Source: an uncultured bacterium
GTDB taxonomy: Bacteria > Babelota > Babeliae > Babelales > Babelaceae
Reading direction: 5' to 3'
Assembly: GCA_963717435.1 (NCBI GenBank)
Contig: OY970332.1
Coordinates: 480,001 to 544,000 of the forward strand
DNA: 64,000 nt
The translations under genes were made by a program, and so were the position numbers. The notes beneath the pieces are model-generated. The model was not told the DNA's origin. It saw only the letters and a list, made by a program, of their open reading frames with translations, and searched no databases. Of the stretch, positions 28,144-37,826 are shown one piece after another (position 1 is the stretch's first letter; every line of letters starts with the position of its first letter).

Positions 28144-29439
28144 ATGAAGCCTATATTAATTATAGTTGGGACCCGTCCTGAGGGCATAAAAATGATGCCT
28201 GTTTATCTGTCTTTAAAAAAATTGGGAGCACACGTTCTACTTTGTTCCACAACACAGCATGGCGCAATTCTTTCACAAGTCTTTGAACTTTTTAATGTTA
28301 AGCCAGATTTTGAGCTTAATGTCATGAAGAGTGATCAAGACTTGTTTTATCTTACATCTGAAATATTAACTAAACTTAAAGAAATTTTTTTAGCAACAAG
28401 CCCGGAACTTATTCTTGTTCAGGGCGATACAACAACTGCTATGGTCGCAAGTTTGGCGGCTTATTATTTGAAAATCCCAGTCGGGCATATAGAAGCCGGT
28501 TTGCGAACAAATAATATATATTCACCGTTTCCTGAAGAAATAAACAGACAAATAATTAGTTTAATCGCGCAGTATCATTTCGTGCCAACTCCAATTTGGG
28601 GCGAAAAATTATTAAAGCAGGGTATAAATTCTGATCAAATTTTCTGTACGGGAAATACTGTAGTTGATTCGTTGAGAATTATATCTGAAAAAATAGATTC
28701 AGGTGATATAAAAATATCTGAAAATTTAGAAAACATTTTGCTTTTTGCTAACAAATATCAAAAAAAAATAATACTACTTACTATGCACAGGCGCGAGTCT
28801 TTTGATGGCGGAATATTAAGAGTTTTGAATAGCATTAAGAATATTTTGGAAAATTATAAAGATTTATTATTTGTTTTTCCCGCACATCCAAATCCAAAAG
28901 TTCAAGATGCGTTAAATATTTCAGGAATGAAAGATCAGGACGGATTTATTGTTACAGAGCCGTTATTATATCCTGATATTATTTATTTGATAAAAAATTC
29001 TGTGGGAGTATTTACAGATTCTGGTGGAATTCAAGAAGAAGCCGTGAGTTTAAATAAACCCGTATTAATTTTACGCGATCAAACTGAAAGACCAGAGGGC
29101 ATATCTGCAGGAATCGCAAAACTTGTAGGCACAGATTCTGAAAAAATACTTGCAGGACTTGAAGATATATTAAATGGTAATTTGGGAAAAAATACTGCTC
29201 AAAATATTTATGGAAACGGGCATACTGCAGATTTGATTTGCGATATAATTTTAAAAAATACTGGTTTTGTTTCTAATCCGGAGATTAATTCTAACCCGCT
29301 CGTCCCGCCGTGCCCGGCGAAGTCTTGCACGAAGCCTGCGAGTGTTCTTCGTAGCCTTGGCGAAGAAGAATGTATCGAGGGATGGCGATTTGGCGAGCTT
29401 AATAACAAAATAAAGAGTAACGAAAAAGGGTTGGTATGA
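28144..29439 (+). CDS. wecB: UDP-N-acetylglucosamine 2-epimerase with repeat-derived C-terminal tail
   Basis: GTRPEGIKM, VQGDTTT, HIEAGLR, PFPEEINR, TDSGGIQEEA, TERPEG. Confidence 0.96.
   Translation: MKPILIIVGTRPEGIKMMPVYLSLKKLGAHVLLCSTTQHGAILSQVFELFNVKPDFELNVMKSDQDLFYLTSEILTKLKEIFLATSPELILVQGDTTTAMVASLAAYYLKIPVGHIEAGLRTNNIYSPFPEEINRQIISLIAQYHFVPTPIWGEKLLKQGINSDQIFCTGNTVVDSLRIISEKIDSGDIKISENLENILLFANKYQKKIILLTMHRRESFDGGILRVLNSIKNILENYKDLLFVFPAHPNPKVQDALNISGMKDQDGFIVTEPLLYPDIIYLIKNSVGVFTDSGGIQEEAVSLNKPVLILRDQTERPEGISAGIAKLVGTDSEKILAGLEDILNGNLGKNTAQNIYGNGHTADLICDIILKNTGFVSNPEINSNPLVPPCPAKSCTKPASVLRSLGEEECIEGWRFGELNNKIKSNEKGLV
29296..29382 (+). repeat. Structured palindromic repeat, copy 4 (within wecB; carries 33-nt nested module)
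   Basis: CCGCTCG-TCCC-[33 nt]-GAGTG-TTCTTC-gtagccttggcgaa-GAAGAA-TGTATCGA-GGGA. Confidence 0.9.
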
Positions 29440-30728
29440 AAAAAGTTTGCGTAATGGGTCTTGGATATATAGGTCTGCCAACTGCTATTGTTTCTGCCGA
29501 AAGTGGTTTTGAGACTTTAGGTTTCGATATCGACGAGAGTCGCGTAAAAAAAATAAAAAATTATGATCCAGTGATAAAAGAAGCAGAAATTGGCACAAGA
29601 TTAGAATCAGCTTTGAAGTTTTTTGGTCTTAGAGTCGAATCTCGCATAGAACTAGCGGACTGTTTTATTGTTGCGGTTCCAACACCATTTTATGAAGATA
29701 AAACTCCCGATCTTTCTTATGTTTTTAATGCATGCGATATATTGGCGACAGTTTTGAAAGCTGGAGATTTGGTGCTTATCGAATCAACTGTGCCCGTCGG
29801 AACAACAGAGCTATGTGCAAAAAAAATTGAAGATAAAACAGGGCTGATTGCAGGCAAAGATTTTTATATCGCACATTGTCCTGAAAGAGTTTTACCCGGA
29901 AGAATTTTTTATGAAATTGTTAATAATTCAAGAATTATTGGCGGTATAAATAAAGAATCTGTTAATGTCGCAAAAGAGTTTTACCAAAAATTTGTATACT
30001 CAGAACTTTATCTTACAAACGCTTCTACTGCAGAAATGGTAAAACTTGTAGAAAATAGCTCCCGCGATGTTGCAATCGCATTTGCAAATCAAGTTGCTGA
30101 TATGGCAAAATCTGTTGGACTGAGCCCTTATGAGGTTATAGAACTTGCAAATAAACATCCAAGAGTAAAAATATTAAACCCGTCATGCGGTGTCGGCGGA
30201 CACTGTATAGCAGTTGATCCATGGTTCTTGATAAAACAGTTTACAGAATCGACGCAACTCTTGAAATCTGCAAGAGATATTAACGACAACAGGCCAGAAC
30301 AGGTAATTTCTGAAATTAAAGATTTTGTAAAAAACTTAAAAATACCAAAAATATTATGCTTAGGTTTAACATATAAGCAAGATACGGACGATCTTCGTGA
30401 ATCACCAGCGCTTTATATAGCAAGACAATTATCGAAATTAAAAGATTATCAGGTTTCTGTTTGCGACCCGCTAGTATCAGAACAAGCTTTGCCAGAATTA
30501 AACTTTATAAACTTAGATGCAACTAATTGTGCCCAAATTTTATCAAGCTACGATCTTATTGTTTGTTTAGTTTCGCACAAAGAGTTTAAAATTCTAAGAA
30601 ATTTTATATCTAATTCAGCTAATATTTTAGATTTTTGTGGGCTTATGCACTTTGAAAAATCTTCAGATGCGCTATCCTCAAAAGAATATTTTTTCTGGCC
30701 TTCTGAATCTAAGGAGAAGTTTTTATGA
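29436..30728 (+). CDS. wecC: UDP-N-acetyl-D-mannosamine dehydrogenase
   Basis: GLGYIGLP, AVPTP, ESTVPVG, HCPERVLPG, GVGGHCIAVDP, DLRESP; overlaps wecB stop (ATGA). Confidence 0.92.
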   Translation: MKKVCVMGLGYIGLPTAIVSAESGFETLGFDIDESRVKKIKNYDPVIKEAEIGTRLESALKFFGLRVESRIELADCFIVAVPTPFYEDKTPDLSYVFNACDILATVLKAGDLVLIESTVPVGTTELCAKKIEDKTGLIAGKDFYIAHCPERVLPGRIFYEIVNNSRIIGGINKESVNVAKEFYQKFVYSELYLTNASTAEMVKLVENSSRDVAIAFANQVADMAKSVGLSPYEVIELANKHPRVKILNPSCGVGGHCIAVDPWFLIKQFTESTQLLKSARDINDNRPEQVISEIKDFVKNLKIPKILCLGLTYKQDTDDLRESPALYIARQLSKLKDYQVSVCDPLVSEQALPELNFINLDATNCAQILSSYDLIVCLVSHKEFKILRNFISNSANILDFCGLMHFEKSSDALSSKEYFFWPSESKEKFL

Positions 30729-32887
30729 GGCAAATTTTTCTTGAAAAGGGCGCTATAAGATTAAAAGAAGTTTCTGAGCCATCACTTTCAAAAGGCTCGG
30801 TTCTTGTTGAGGTTTATTACTCTTTTATTAGTTCCGGAACTGAAAATGCAACGATTTCAAACTCATCAAATACGCTTTTGGATTCGATGCCGGAAAAAGT
30901 AAAAAAAGTTATACAATCTATATCCAAAAATGGAATCGAAGGCACAGCGGCTCTTATTAAGGGAAAATTAAAGGGCCAATTTCAGCCTCTGGGTTATTCA
31001 GTTTCTGGAAGAGTGATTGCAGTCGGCGCTGATGTTAAAAACTTCAGAGCAGGTGATTATGTTGCTTGTGCAGGCGCAGGAATCGCAAATCATAGCGACT
31101 TTGTATGTGTGCCGGAAAATTTGGTTGTAAAAGTTTCTTCAGAAAATTTCTTAAAATCAGCAAGCTTGACAACTATAGGCGCGATAGCGTTGCAGGGCAT
31201 AAGAAGAGCAAACTTGCAGCTTGGTGAAACAGTTTGCGTTATTGGCCTGGGCCTTATAGGCCAAATTACCGTGCAGCTGGCAAAAGCTTCAGGTTGCAAA
31301 GTTGTCGGTGTTGATATTTTGGATTCAAGGCTTGAGTTGGCGGAAAAATTTGGAGCAGATAAAACTTATAACTCTACAACATGTGATGCAGAAAAAGAGA
31401 TTGAATTTTGGACGCAACATTATGGTGCTGATTGTACAATAATAACTGCGGCATCAAGCAGTTCTTCGATAATTGCGCAGGCCATGAATATAACGAGAAG
31501 ACGTGGCAAAGTTGTTGTTGTCGGTGATGTTAAATTGGATATTAATCGTGACCCGTTTTATAAAAAAGAAATAGACTTATTAATATCCTGTTCTTATGGT
31601 CCTGGGAGATACGACAGCTCTTATGAACAAGATGGTAATGATTACCCGTATGCGTATGTTCGTTGGACCGAAAATCGAAATATGCAGGCATTTGTCGATC
31701 TTGTGGAACGTGGTCTTATTAATATTGAGCCCCTAATATCCCAAGAATATAATATAAGTGCCGCATTTGATGCTTACGAATTTATTCAGCAGAAAAAGGG
31801 CATAGGTGCACTATTAAATTATAGAGATGAACAAAAGAAATTATCTATGGGTAAAACACAAGATAAAATCTTGCCCGCTACTTTGACGTTTATGCCCAAA
31901 TCTGAAAACCTGCGTGTTGCAATGATCGGTGCTGGCGGCTTTGCAAAAATAAAATTATTGCCCGTAATTTCACAAATAAGTCATGTTAATATTAATGCGG
32001 TTGTTGACGTGGATATGTCAAACGCACTTAATATTTCAAGACTGTATAATGCAAAAAACCCACTATCATCAACAGAAAATATATATTCACAAGATCTCGC
32101 AGATGTTTGTGTTATTGCATCGCCGCATAAGTTTCATTGCGATCAGACTTTAGAAGCATTAAAAAGCGGCAAAGCAGTTTTTGTTGAAAAGCCACTTGCG
32201 ACAGATTGGCAGCAATACGAGCGTATCTCAGATTTCTTGAAAATTAATAATAATGTGCCATTAACCGTAGATTTTAATAGGTCTTTTGCGCCATTTATTG
32301 AAAAAATAAAAACTAATATTATAAAAAGAAACTCGCCGCTTGTTGTAATTTATAGAATGAACGCTGGGTTTATCCCAAAAGATCACTGGATACAAAGCAG
32401 TGTTGGTTCAGGAAGAATTATAGGCGAGGCTTGTCACATATTCGATCTGTTTTACTATCTTACAGATTCTAAAGCAGTTTCTGTTTCCGTAGAAGCTATA
32501 AAATCAAAAGCAGATGATATATTCTCGACAGACAATTTCTCTGCACAAGTTAGTTTTGCCGACGGTTCTATTTGTACGCTTATTTATACTGCACTTGGTA
32601 ACTCTGCTATGTCAAAAGAGCGCATGGAGATTTTCTTTGACAGCAAGTCTATAGTGATGGAAGACTTTTTGACTCTTACTGGTTTTGGGTTGCCCAAGAG
32701 CTTTAATCAATCTGCGTTTAGTCAGGACAAGGGGCATGAAGTTTTGATATCAAAATTCTTTGGCGCATTAAAAACTAAAAATTTTGAACCTCCAATTTCG
32801 ATTGAAAGATTGTTGGATACAACCAGACTTACGCTTATTATCGATCAGTTGGCTTGCCAGGGCGGTGGAAATCAGGAGATTTTGTGA
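30725..32887 (+). CDS. Bi-domain oxidoreductase (Zn-dependent dehydrogenase-like plus Gfo/Idh/MocA)
   Basis: ISSGTE, GLGLIG, SYGPGRYD...RWTENRN, IGAGGFA, VFVEKPLA, GEACHIFD. Confidence 0.9.
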   Translation: MRQIFLEKGAIRLKEVSEPSLSKGSVLVEVYYSFISSGTENATISNSSNTLLDSMPEKVKKVIQSISKNGIEGTAALIKGKLKGQFQPLGYSVSGRVIAVGADVKNFRAGDYVACAGAGIANHSDFVCVPENLVVKVSSENFLKSASLTTIGAIALQGIRRANLQLGETVCVIGLGLIGQITVQLAKASGCKVVGVDILDSRLELAEKFGADKTYNSTTCDAEKEIEFWTQHYGADCTIITAASSSSSIIAQAMNITRRRGKVVVVGDVKLDINRDPFYKKEIDLLISCSYGPGRYDSSYEQDGNDYPYAYVRWTENRNMQAFVDLVERGLINIEPLISQEYNISAAFDAYEFIQQKKGIGALLNYRDEQKKLSMGKTQDKILPATLTFMPKSENLRVAMIGAGGFAKIKLLPVISQISHVNINAVVDVDMSNALNISRLYNAKNPLSSTENIYSQDLADVCVIASPHKFHCDQTLEALKSGKAVFVEKPLATDWQQYERISDFLKINNNVPLTVDFNRSFAPFIEKIKTNIIKRNSPLVVIYRMNAGFIPKDHWIQSSVGSGRIIGEACHIFDLFYYLTDSKAVSVSVEAIKSKADDIFSTDNFSAQVSFADGSICTLIYTALGNSAMSKERMEIFFDSKSIVMEDFLTLTGFGLPKSFNQSAFSQDKGHEVLISKFFGALKTKNFEPPISIERLLDTTRLTLIIDQLACQGGGNQEIL

Positions 32888-32920
32888 GAAAATTTGTTTG
32901 CAAATTTATTACTTGCGCCA

Positions 32921-32975
32921 TGGTTCGATACACCCATGCTTCGCCAAGGCTCCGCAGGGCACTCACCACGAGCGC
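32921..32975 (-). repeat. Structured palindromic repeat, copy 5
   Basis: Minus strand GCGCTCG-TGGT-GAGTG-CCCTGC-ggagccttggcgaa-GCATGGG-TGTATCGA-ACCA. Confidence 0.9.
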
Positions 32976-32988
32976 ACTTAAAGCCACA

Positions 32989-33042
32989 TCGCTCGCCCTG
33001 AGTGTTTTTCGTAGCTTTAGCGAAGAAAAATGTATCGAAGGG
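32989..33042 (+). repeat. Structured palindromic repeat, copy 6
   Basis: TCGCTCG-CCCT-GAGTG-TTTTTC-gtagctttagcgaa-GAAAAA-TGTATCGA-AGGG. Confidence 0.92.
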
Positions 33043-34436
33043 TTACGAGCGTGAATTACAAATTTTTTTGTGTATTTATTTTTTGCGCAATTTCAGCAAT
33101 TTTATTATTTAAAGTCCCAGACAAAAACAGATTAGAACTTGATTCGCAACTTTACGATAGAATTGCGAAAAATTTTGCCCAGAATTCAGATCTTTCAGAC
33201 CCAAATAACCCACAGGTTATGCCCGTTACTGCGAAGGGATACCCGCTATTTTTGGGCTTAAATTTTAAATTTTTTGGGATAAATTACAAAATAATAATAC
33301 TGCTTCAAATATTACTTTCTCTTTTATGCTTTTATTTAATTTATAATATCTGCTTATTATTATTTAACACTCAAGTGGCAAATATATCGCTATTTCTTTC
33401 ATGCATAAATTTGGGGTTTATAATTCACGCTCAGTTTATTCTTACAGAAATATTATTAGTTACTTTTTTATTATTATTTTTATATTTTTTTTCACAATTT
33501 ATAGTGCAAAAAAAATTTTATTCTATCACTCTGGCAGGGCTATTTCTCGGGTTTTCTATGCTGGTCAAGCCCGTTGCGATATTTTTTTTACCCGTCCCCG
33601 TTATGTTAATTTTTTTTAGTAACTTTTTTGATAAAGTAGAAAGTCGCGTCGTCCCGCAGTGCCCGGCGGAGCTTAATGCGAAGCCTGGGAGTGCCCGAAG
33701 GGTGTATCGAGGGATAGCGGGTTTCTTGCTAACTTTTTTATTACCAGTCTCTGGATATATTTTATTTAATTATAAAAAATACAGTACTTTAAGCCTAAAT
33801 CCCGCGGGTTACGAAAATATATACAGATACTATCTTCCCCGTGTTCTTTCTTGCAAAGATAATATTAGTTTGGAAATGGCAGAAAAATCTGTAGACAGAT
33901 TTGTAACTGATAGCAACAATATAAACTCCAGATTCACGCCCGAGCTTAAAAATTTATTATTACAGACAGTTCTAAATAGCCCAGCTATTGCATGTTATAT
34001 CTGGTTCAAAAATGTAATAAAAACTTATTTTGGATTATATACAACAGAATTAAAAGTGCTTTTGAATAATAATCTGCGTGGCGGGACATGTTCTTATTTT
34101 AAAATGTCGGGAAATATTTTTGAAAAAATAACAAATTATATTAACTTCGGAACAAATTCTAGATCAGTTAAGCTAATTGGTTTTTTGGAGATATTTTATT
34201 TATTACTACAGTATTTATTAATATTTTTTGTATTTTATAGCTTATTCAAAAATAAGCAGTTTGCTGTTTTATTACTATTTTTGGGCTTTATAATCTATTT
34301 TGCACTAATAACGGGACATGACGGATTTGGGCGATACCGGATGGTGCTTGAACCAGTTTTAATTATCTTAAATTCTGCTGGAATAGCACAGTTAATTAAG
34401 ATATTTTCCCATCAGGCGGTGAAGAAATATGCTTAA
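33030..34436 (+). CDS. ArnT/PMT-like polytopic membrane glycosyltransferase (start may be GTG 33051)
   Basis: DSQLYDRIA, GYPLFL, ILTE, LVKP, RYRMVLEP motifs with many TM helices. Confidence 0.8.
   Translation: MYRRVTSVNYKFFCVFIFCAISAILLFKVPDKNRLELDSQLYDRIAKNFAQNSDLSDPNNPQVMPVTAKGYPLFLGLNFKFFGINYKIIILLQILLSLLCFYLIYNICLLLFNTQVANISLFLSCINLGFIIHAQFILTEILLVTFLLLFLYFFSQFIVQKKFYSITLAGLFLGFSMLVKPVAIFFLPVPVMLIFFSNFFDKVESRVVPQCPAELNAKPGSARRVYRGIAGFLLTFLLPVSGYILFNYKKYSTLSLNPAGYENIYRYYLPRVLSCKDNISLEMAEKSVDRFVTDSNNINSRFTPELKNLLLQTVLNSPAIACYIWFKNVIKTYFGLYTTELKVLLNNNLRGGTCSYFKMSGNIFEKITNYINFGTNSRSVKLIGFLEIFYLLLQYLLIFFVFYSLFKNKQFAVLLLFLGFIIYFALITGHDGFGRYRMVLEPVLIILNSAGIAQLIKIFSHQAVKKYA
33645..33714 (+). repeat. 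Structured palindromic repeat, copy 7 (in frame within ArnT-like gene; carries 33-nt nested module)
   Basis: CGCGTCG-TCCC-[33 nt]-GAGTG-CCC-gaa-GGG-TGTATCGA-GGGA; GC-rich island in a very AT-rich gene. Confidence 0.88.
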
Positions 34437-35547
34437 AAATAAAAAAGTTAATATTGTGATTATGGCAGGCGGTTCTGGAAAGCGCTTATGGCCGCTAAGT
34501 AGATCAGAAAAGCCAAAGCAATTTATAAAGCTTGGCAGCGAAAAAACTTTGCTCGAAGAGACTGTCGATAGAGTTAAAAATATTTTTGATAATCAAAAAA
34601 TATCTGTTGTAACTTCAAAAAACTATGAAAATTTTGTCGAAAGACTTGTTGGCGAATCTATCGACCAGATAATAGTTGAGCCTGAGGCAAAAAATACTGC
34701 CCCCGCTGTTTTATATTCTTGTTTAAGTTTGCAAGTTAATCCTGAAGATATAGTTATATTTCTTCCATCAGATCACCATATACCTGATTTTAATAAATTT
34801 AGGGAAAGTATTGTTCAGGCCGCGCAGGCTGCTGGTGAATCAGATAATATTGTTCTTGTCGGAATCAAGCCCAATTACCCTGCTACTGGCTACGGTTATA
34901 TATCTGTAGATACTAAAAATAAGTCTAAAAAAATTAATTATTTTGATGTTGAAAAATTTCACGAAAAACCAAATTTGGAGCTGGCGAAAAAATATTTTAA
35001 TTCTGAAAATATGCTTTGGAACTCTGGAATAATTTGCGCCAAGTTGTCTGTTTTGCTGGATGCTTTCGAAAATCAGTTTCCTGGGATAAAAAATCTATCA
35101 ATTACGTCACGGCCTAAACCCGCTCGTGGTGAGTGTTCTTCTGAGCTGTTTAAAAGCGAAGAAGAATGTATCGAACCATGCGGGTCAAGAGAAACTTCAA
35201 AAAAAATATATGATATAATTCCCGAAATATCTTTTGATTACGCAATACTTGAAAAAGTAAATAATATAAGCGTAATAGCGGGAGATTTTGTTTGGTCAGA
35301 CGTGGGAACATTAGACTTGTTTATAGCAGCAAAAAAAGATATTAATAATCAAGAAAATTTAATATCTATAGAGTCTGAAAATAATTTAGTTGAAGTTCAG
35401 AACAAGTTAGTAGTTTTAGTTGGCGTTCATGACCTATGCGTGGTCCAGACAGATGACGTGTTATTAATATCCGCCAAAAAAGATATTGATAAAATAAAAG
35501 ATGTTATAATCGAGTTAAATAATTCTGGAAAAAAAGAATATTGTTGA
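34429..35547 (+). CDS. manC: Mannose-1-phosphate guanylyltransferase
   Basis: MAGGSGKRLWPLSR, KPKQF, NTAPA, PSDH, TGYGYI, FHEKP, WNSG, SFDYAILE, WSDVG. Confidence 0.95.
   Translation: MLKNKKVNIVIMAGGSGKRLWPLSRSEKPKQFIKLGSEKTLLEETVDRVKNIFDNQKISVVTSKNYENFVERLVGESIDQIIVEPEAKNTAPAVLYSCLSLQVNPEDIVIFLPSDHHIPDFNKFRESIVQAAQAAGESDNIVLVGIKPNYPATGYGYISVDTKNKSKKINYFDVEKFHEKPNLELAKKYFNSENMLWNSGIICAKLSVLLDAFENQFPGIKNLSITSRPKPARGECSSELFKSEEECIEPCGSRETSKKIYDIIPEISFDYAILEKVNNISVIAGDFVWSDVGTLDLFIAAKKDINNQENLISIESENNLVEVQNKLVVLVGVHDLCVVQTDDVLLISAKKDIDKIKDVIIELNNSGKKEYC
35120..35178 (+). repeat. Structured palindromic repeat, copy 8 (in frame within manC)
   Basis: CCGCTCG-TGGT-GAGTG-TTCTTC-loop-GAAGAA-TGTATCGA-ACCA. 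Confidence 0.92.
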
Positions 35548-35580
35548 AAAAATTATTAAAGATTACTGAAAAATAAAAAC

Positions 35581-36639
35581 ATGAAAACAGCTTTAATTAC
35601 GGGGATAACGGGCCAAGATGGGTCGTATTTAGCAGAATTATTATTGTCCCGAGGCTATGAAGTTCATGGCATGATTCGACGGGCTTCGACAACTAATACT
35701 TCAAGAATAGATCATATAAGCAAAGATCTTAAACTGCACTACGGCGATATGACAGATTCTCTGGGAATTTTAAATTTAATATCAAAAGTTAAGCCACAAG
35801 AGATTTACAACCTAGCTGCCCAGAGCCATGTTGCTGTTTCTTTTGATACACCAGAATATACTGCCCAATCAGATGCTATTGGAACATTGAGAATATTAGA
35901 ATCTATTAGAATTCTTGGTGCGCAAAAAAATATTAAATTTTATCAGGCTTCAACAAGCGAACTTTTTGGTAAAGTTCAAGAAATTCCACAAAAAGAAACA
36001 ACGCCTTTTTATCCAAGATCGCCATATGCTGCAGCAAAGTTGTATGCGTATTGGATCACAGTTAATTATCGTGAATCTTACGACATGTTTGCATGTAACG
36101 GGATACTGTTTAATCACGAATCGCCAAGGCGGGGTGAAAACTTTGTGACACGAAAAATTACGCTTGCTGCCGCACGAATTTTTTATGGCCTACAGGATAT
36201 AATATATTTGGGTAATCTCGATTCTAAGCGTGACTGGGGCTATGCTCCTGATTACGTCGAAGCTATGTATCGAATGCTGCAACTAGATACTCCCGAAGAC
36301 TTAGTAATTTCGACAAATACTTGTTATACAGTCAGAGATTTTGCGCAAAAAGCTTTTTCGCAGATTGGCATAGAATTAATCTGGTCCGGTTCTGGTGTTA
36401 ACGAAGTTGGAATTGATGCAAAAACGGGGAAAAAACTTGTTGCCGTGCACTCAGATTTTTTCAGACCAGCTGAAGTTGATCTGCTGATTGGCGACTGCTC
36501 TAAAGCGAAAAAATTACTCAACTGGCAACCAACTGTTACTTTAGACAAACTTGTCGAAATCATGATGCAAGCAGATTTGAAATTAATAAATAATCAGGAA
36601 TATACCAACAAAGATAAATTAAATTTTATTAGTAAGTAA
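35581..36639 (+). CDS. gmd: GDP-mannose 4,6-dehydratase
   Basis: [49 protein letters not shown]. Confidence 0.98.
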   Translation: MKTALITGITGQDGSYLAELLLSRGYEVHGMIRRASTTNTSRIDHISKDLKLHYGDMTDSLGILNLISKVKPQEIYNLAAQSHVAVSFDTPEYTAQSDAIGTLRILESIRILGAQKNIKFYQASTSELFGKVQEIPQKETTPFYPRSPYAAAKLYAYWITVNYRESYDMFACNGILFNHESPRRGENFVTRKITLAAARIFYGLQDIIYLGNLDSKRDWGYAPDYVEAMYRMLQLDTPEDLVISTNTCYTVRDFAQKAFSQIGIELIWSGSGVNEVGIDAKTGKKLVAVHSDFFRPAEVDLLIGDCSKAKKLLNWQPTVTLDKLVEIMMQADLKLINNQEYTNKDKLNFISK

Positions 36640-36667
36640 TTTATAAACAAGAAATTTTACTCCTGTT

Positions 36668-37708
36668 TTATAAATTACGCCATGCATTTAAAAGTTTTGC
36701 GTGATTAATGATGAGTTCACTAGTATCTTTGCCTACCATATTTGTGTACATTAAACTGTTATATACACAATTGTAGCTAATATAAGCATCTTCTAATATT
36801 ACATTTAACTCATCAAATCCAAATTTATTAATTATATTTTGTTTTAGTTGTTCTAAAGATTCTTTAGTTAACTCACATTTTGAAAATAAGCCGTGATTTT
36901 TAAATGTCTTATTGTTTTTTATTATTTTCCCAGCGCTTTCAAAAATTTCTTCCAGATCTTGTTTACTGATACCTTCAATATTTGTTCTGTTTTTAATATT
37001 TTTTCCGGTCGAATGATCAAAAGCTAAAGTAAAATCATTATAAAACTCTTCAAGAAGCTGTCTTACGTACCTGCGATTTGTGTTATCTTTGTTTTGATCC
37101 GCTTCATTATTTATTGCGGCAAGTCTTTTGAGAGCAATTTTTAAATCGCAATAGGCAAGTTCAATGCTGACCTTATGACCTTCTAATTCATACAGTTTAT
37201 AGTTTTCAGGTTCTAGCAACCAAGAATCAATAAATACAGTTTTGCCTGCGCCTAAAGCATCTCGAATTTCTTTATGATATTGAGGCAGAATCAGCTCGCT
37301 GATTTTATATTTTTCTTTTATTTCGGGGGTATTAGAAAGTCTTCGAATTTTTTTAATTGCCTGCTTAGCAAGATGTTTTTGATCTTCTGTTATTTTGTCT
37401 TTAAATAATGGCTTACCCCATAATATTGCATGGAATATATTGCATGCATGGTCCCCTATTGCTTCTTTAATTATAGAATATTCTTTGGGAAAGAGTTCTT
37501 GCCATCGTTGAATATGTGCCTCACGAAAATATTTATCGTCTGAAATGCCGTGATTTTCCTCAGAAAGTTTTATTGTCTCTTCTAATAACATGTTTTTTTC
37601 AGCGCAAGATATTCCTCGAAGTAGTACGATTTTTCCTGCCTTAATTGTTGATATTGTTAGTAGTAAAATTATTAGTGAAAACTTGCAAAAATCTTTTTTT
37701 ATAATCAT
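36668..37708 (-). CDS. Exported hypothetical protein with degenerate P-loop kinase-like N-terminus
   Basis: Signal peptide then GKIVLLRGISCAEKN; later GKTVFID and LAYCDLKIALKR. Confidence 0.5.
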   Translation of the reverse strand: MIIKKDFCKFSLIILLLTISTIKAGKIVLLRGISCAEKNMLLEETIKLSEENHGISDDKYFREAHIQRWQELFPKEYSIIKEAIGDHACNIFHAILWGKPLFKDKITEDQKHLAKQAIKKIRRLSNTPEIKEKYKISELILPQYHKEIRDALGAGKTVFIDSWLLEPENYKLYELEGHKVSIELAYCDLKIALKRLAAINNEADQNKDNTNRRYVRQLLEEFYNDFTLAFDHSTGKNIKNRTNIEGISKQDLEEIFESAGKIIKNNKTFKNHGLFSKCELTKESLEQLKQNIINKFGFDELNVILEDAYISYNCVYNSLMYTNMVGKDTSELIINHAKLLNAWRNL

Positions 37709-37826
37709 ATAAGCACCTTTTTTGATGGTTAAGTTTTTAAGAATTTATTTTTAATATATATGATTGTCAAACAATACATGATGCAAGCTGAAAAAATCTA
37801 ATAATTTAAACAAATCTAATTTTATT

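Noticed and set aside
32784-33054. ORFs 32784..32981 and 32854..33054
   Set aside because: They are open only because the GC-rich repeat pair lacks stop codons; they overlap real genes.
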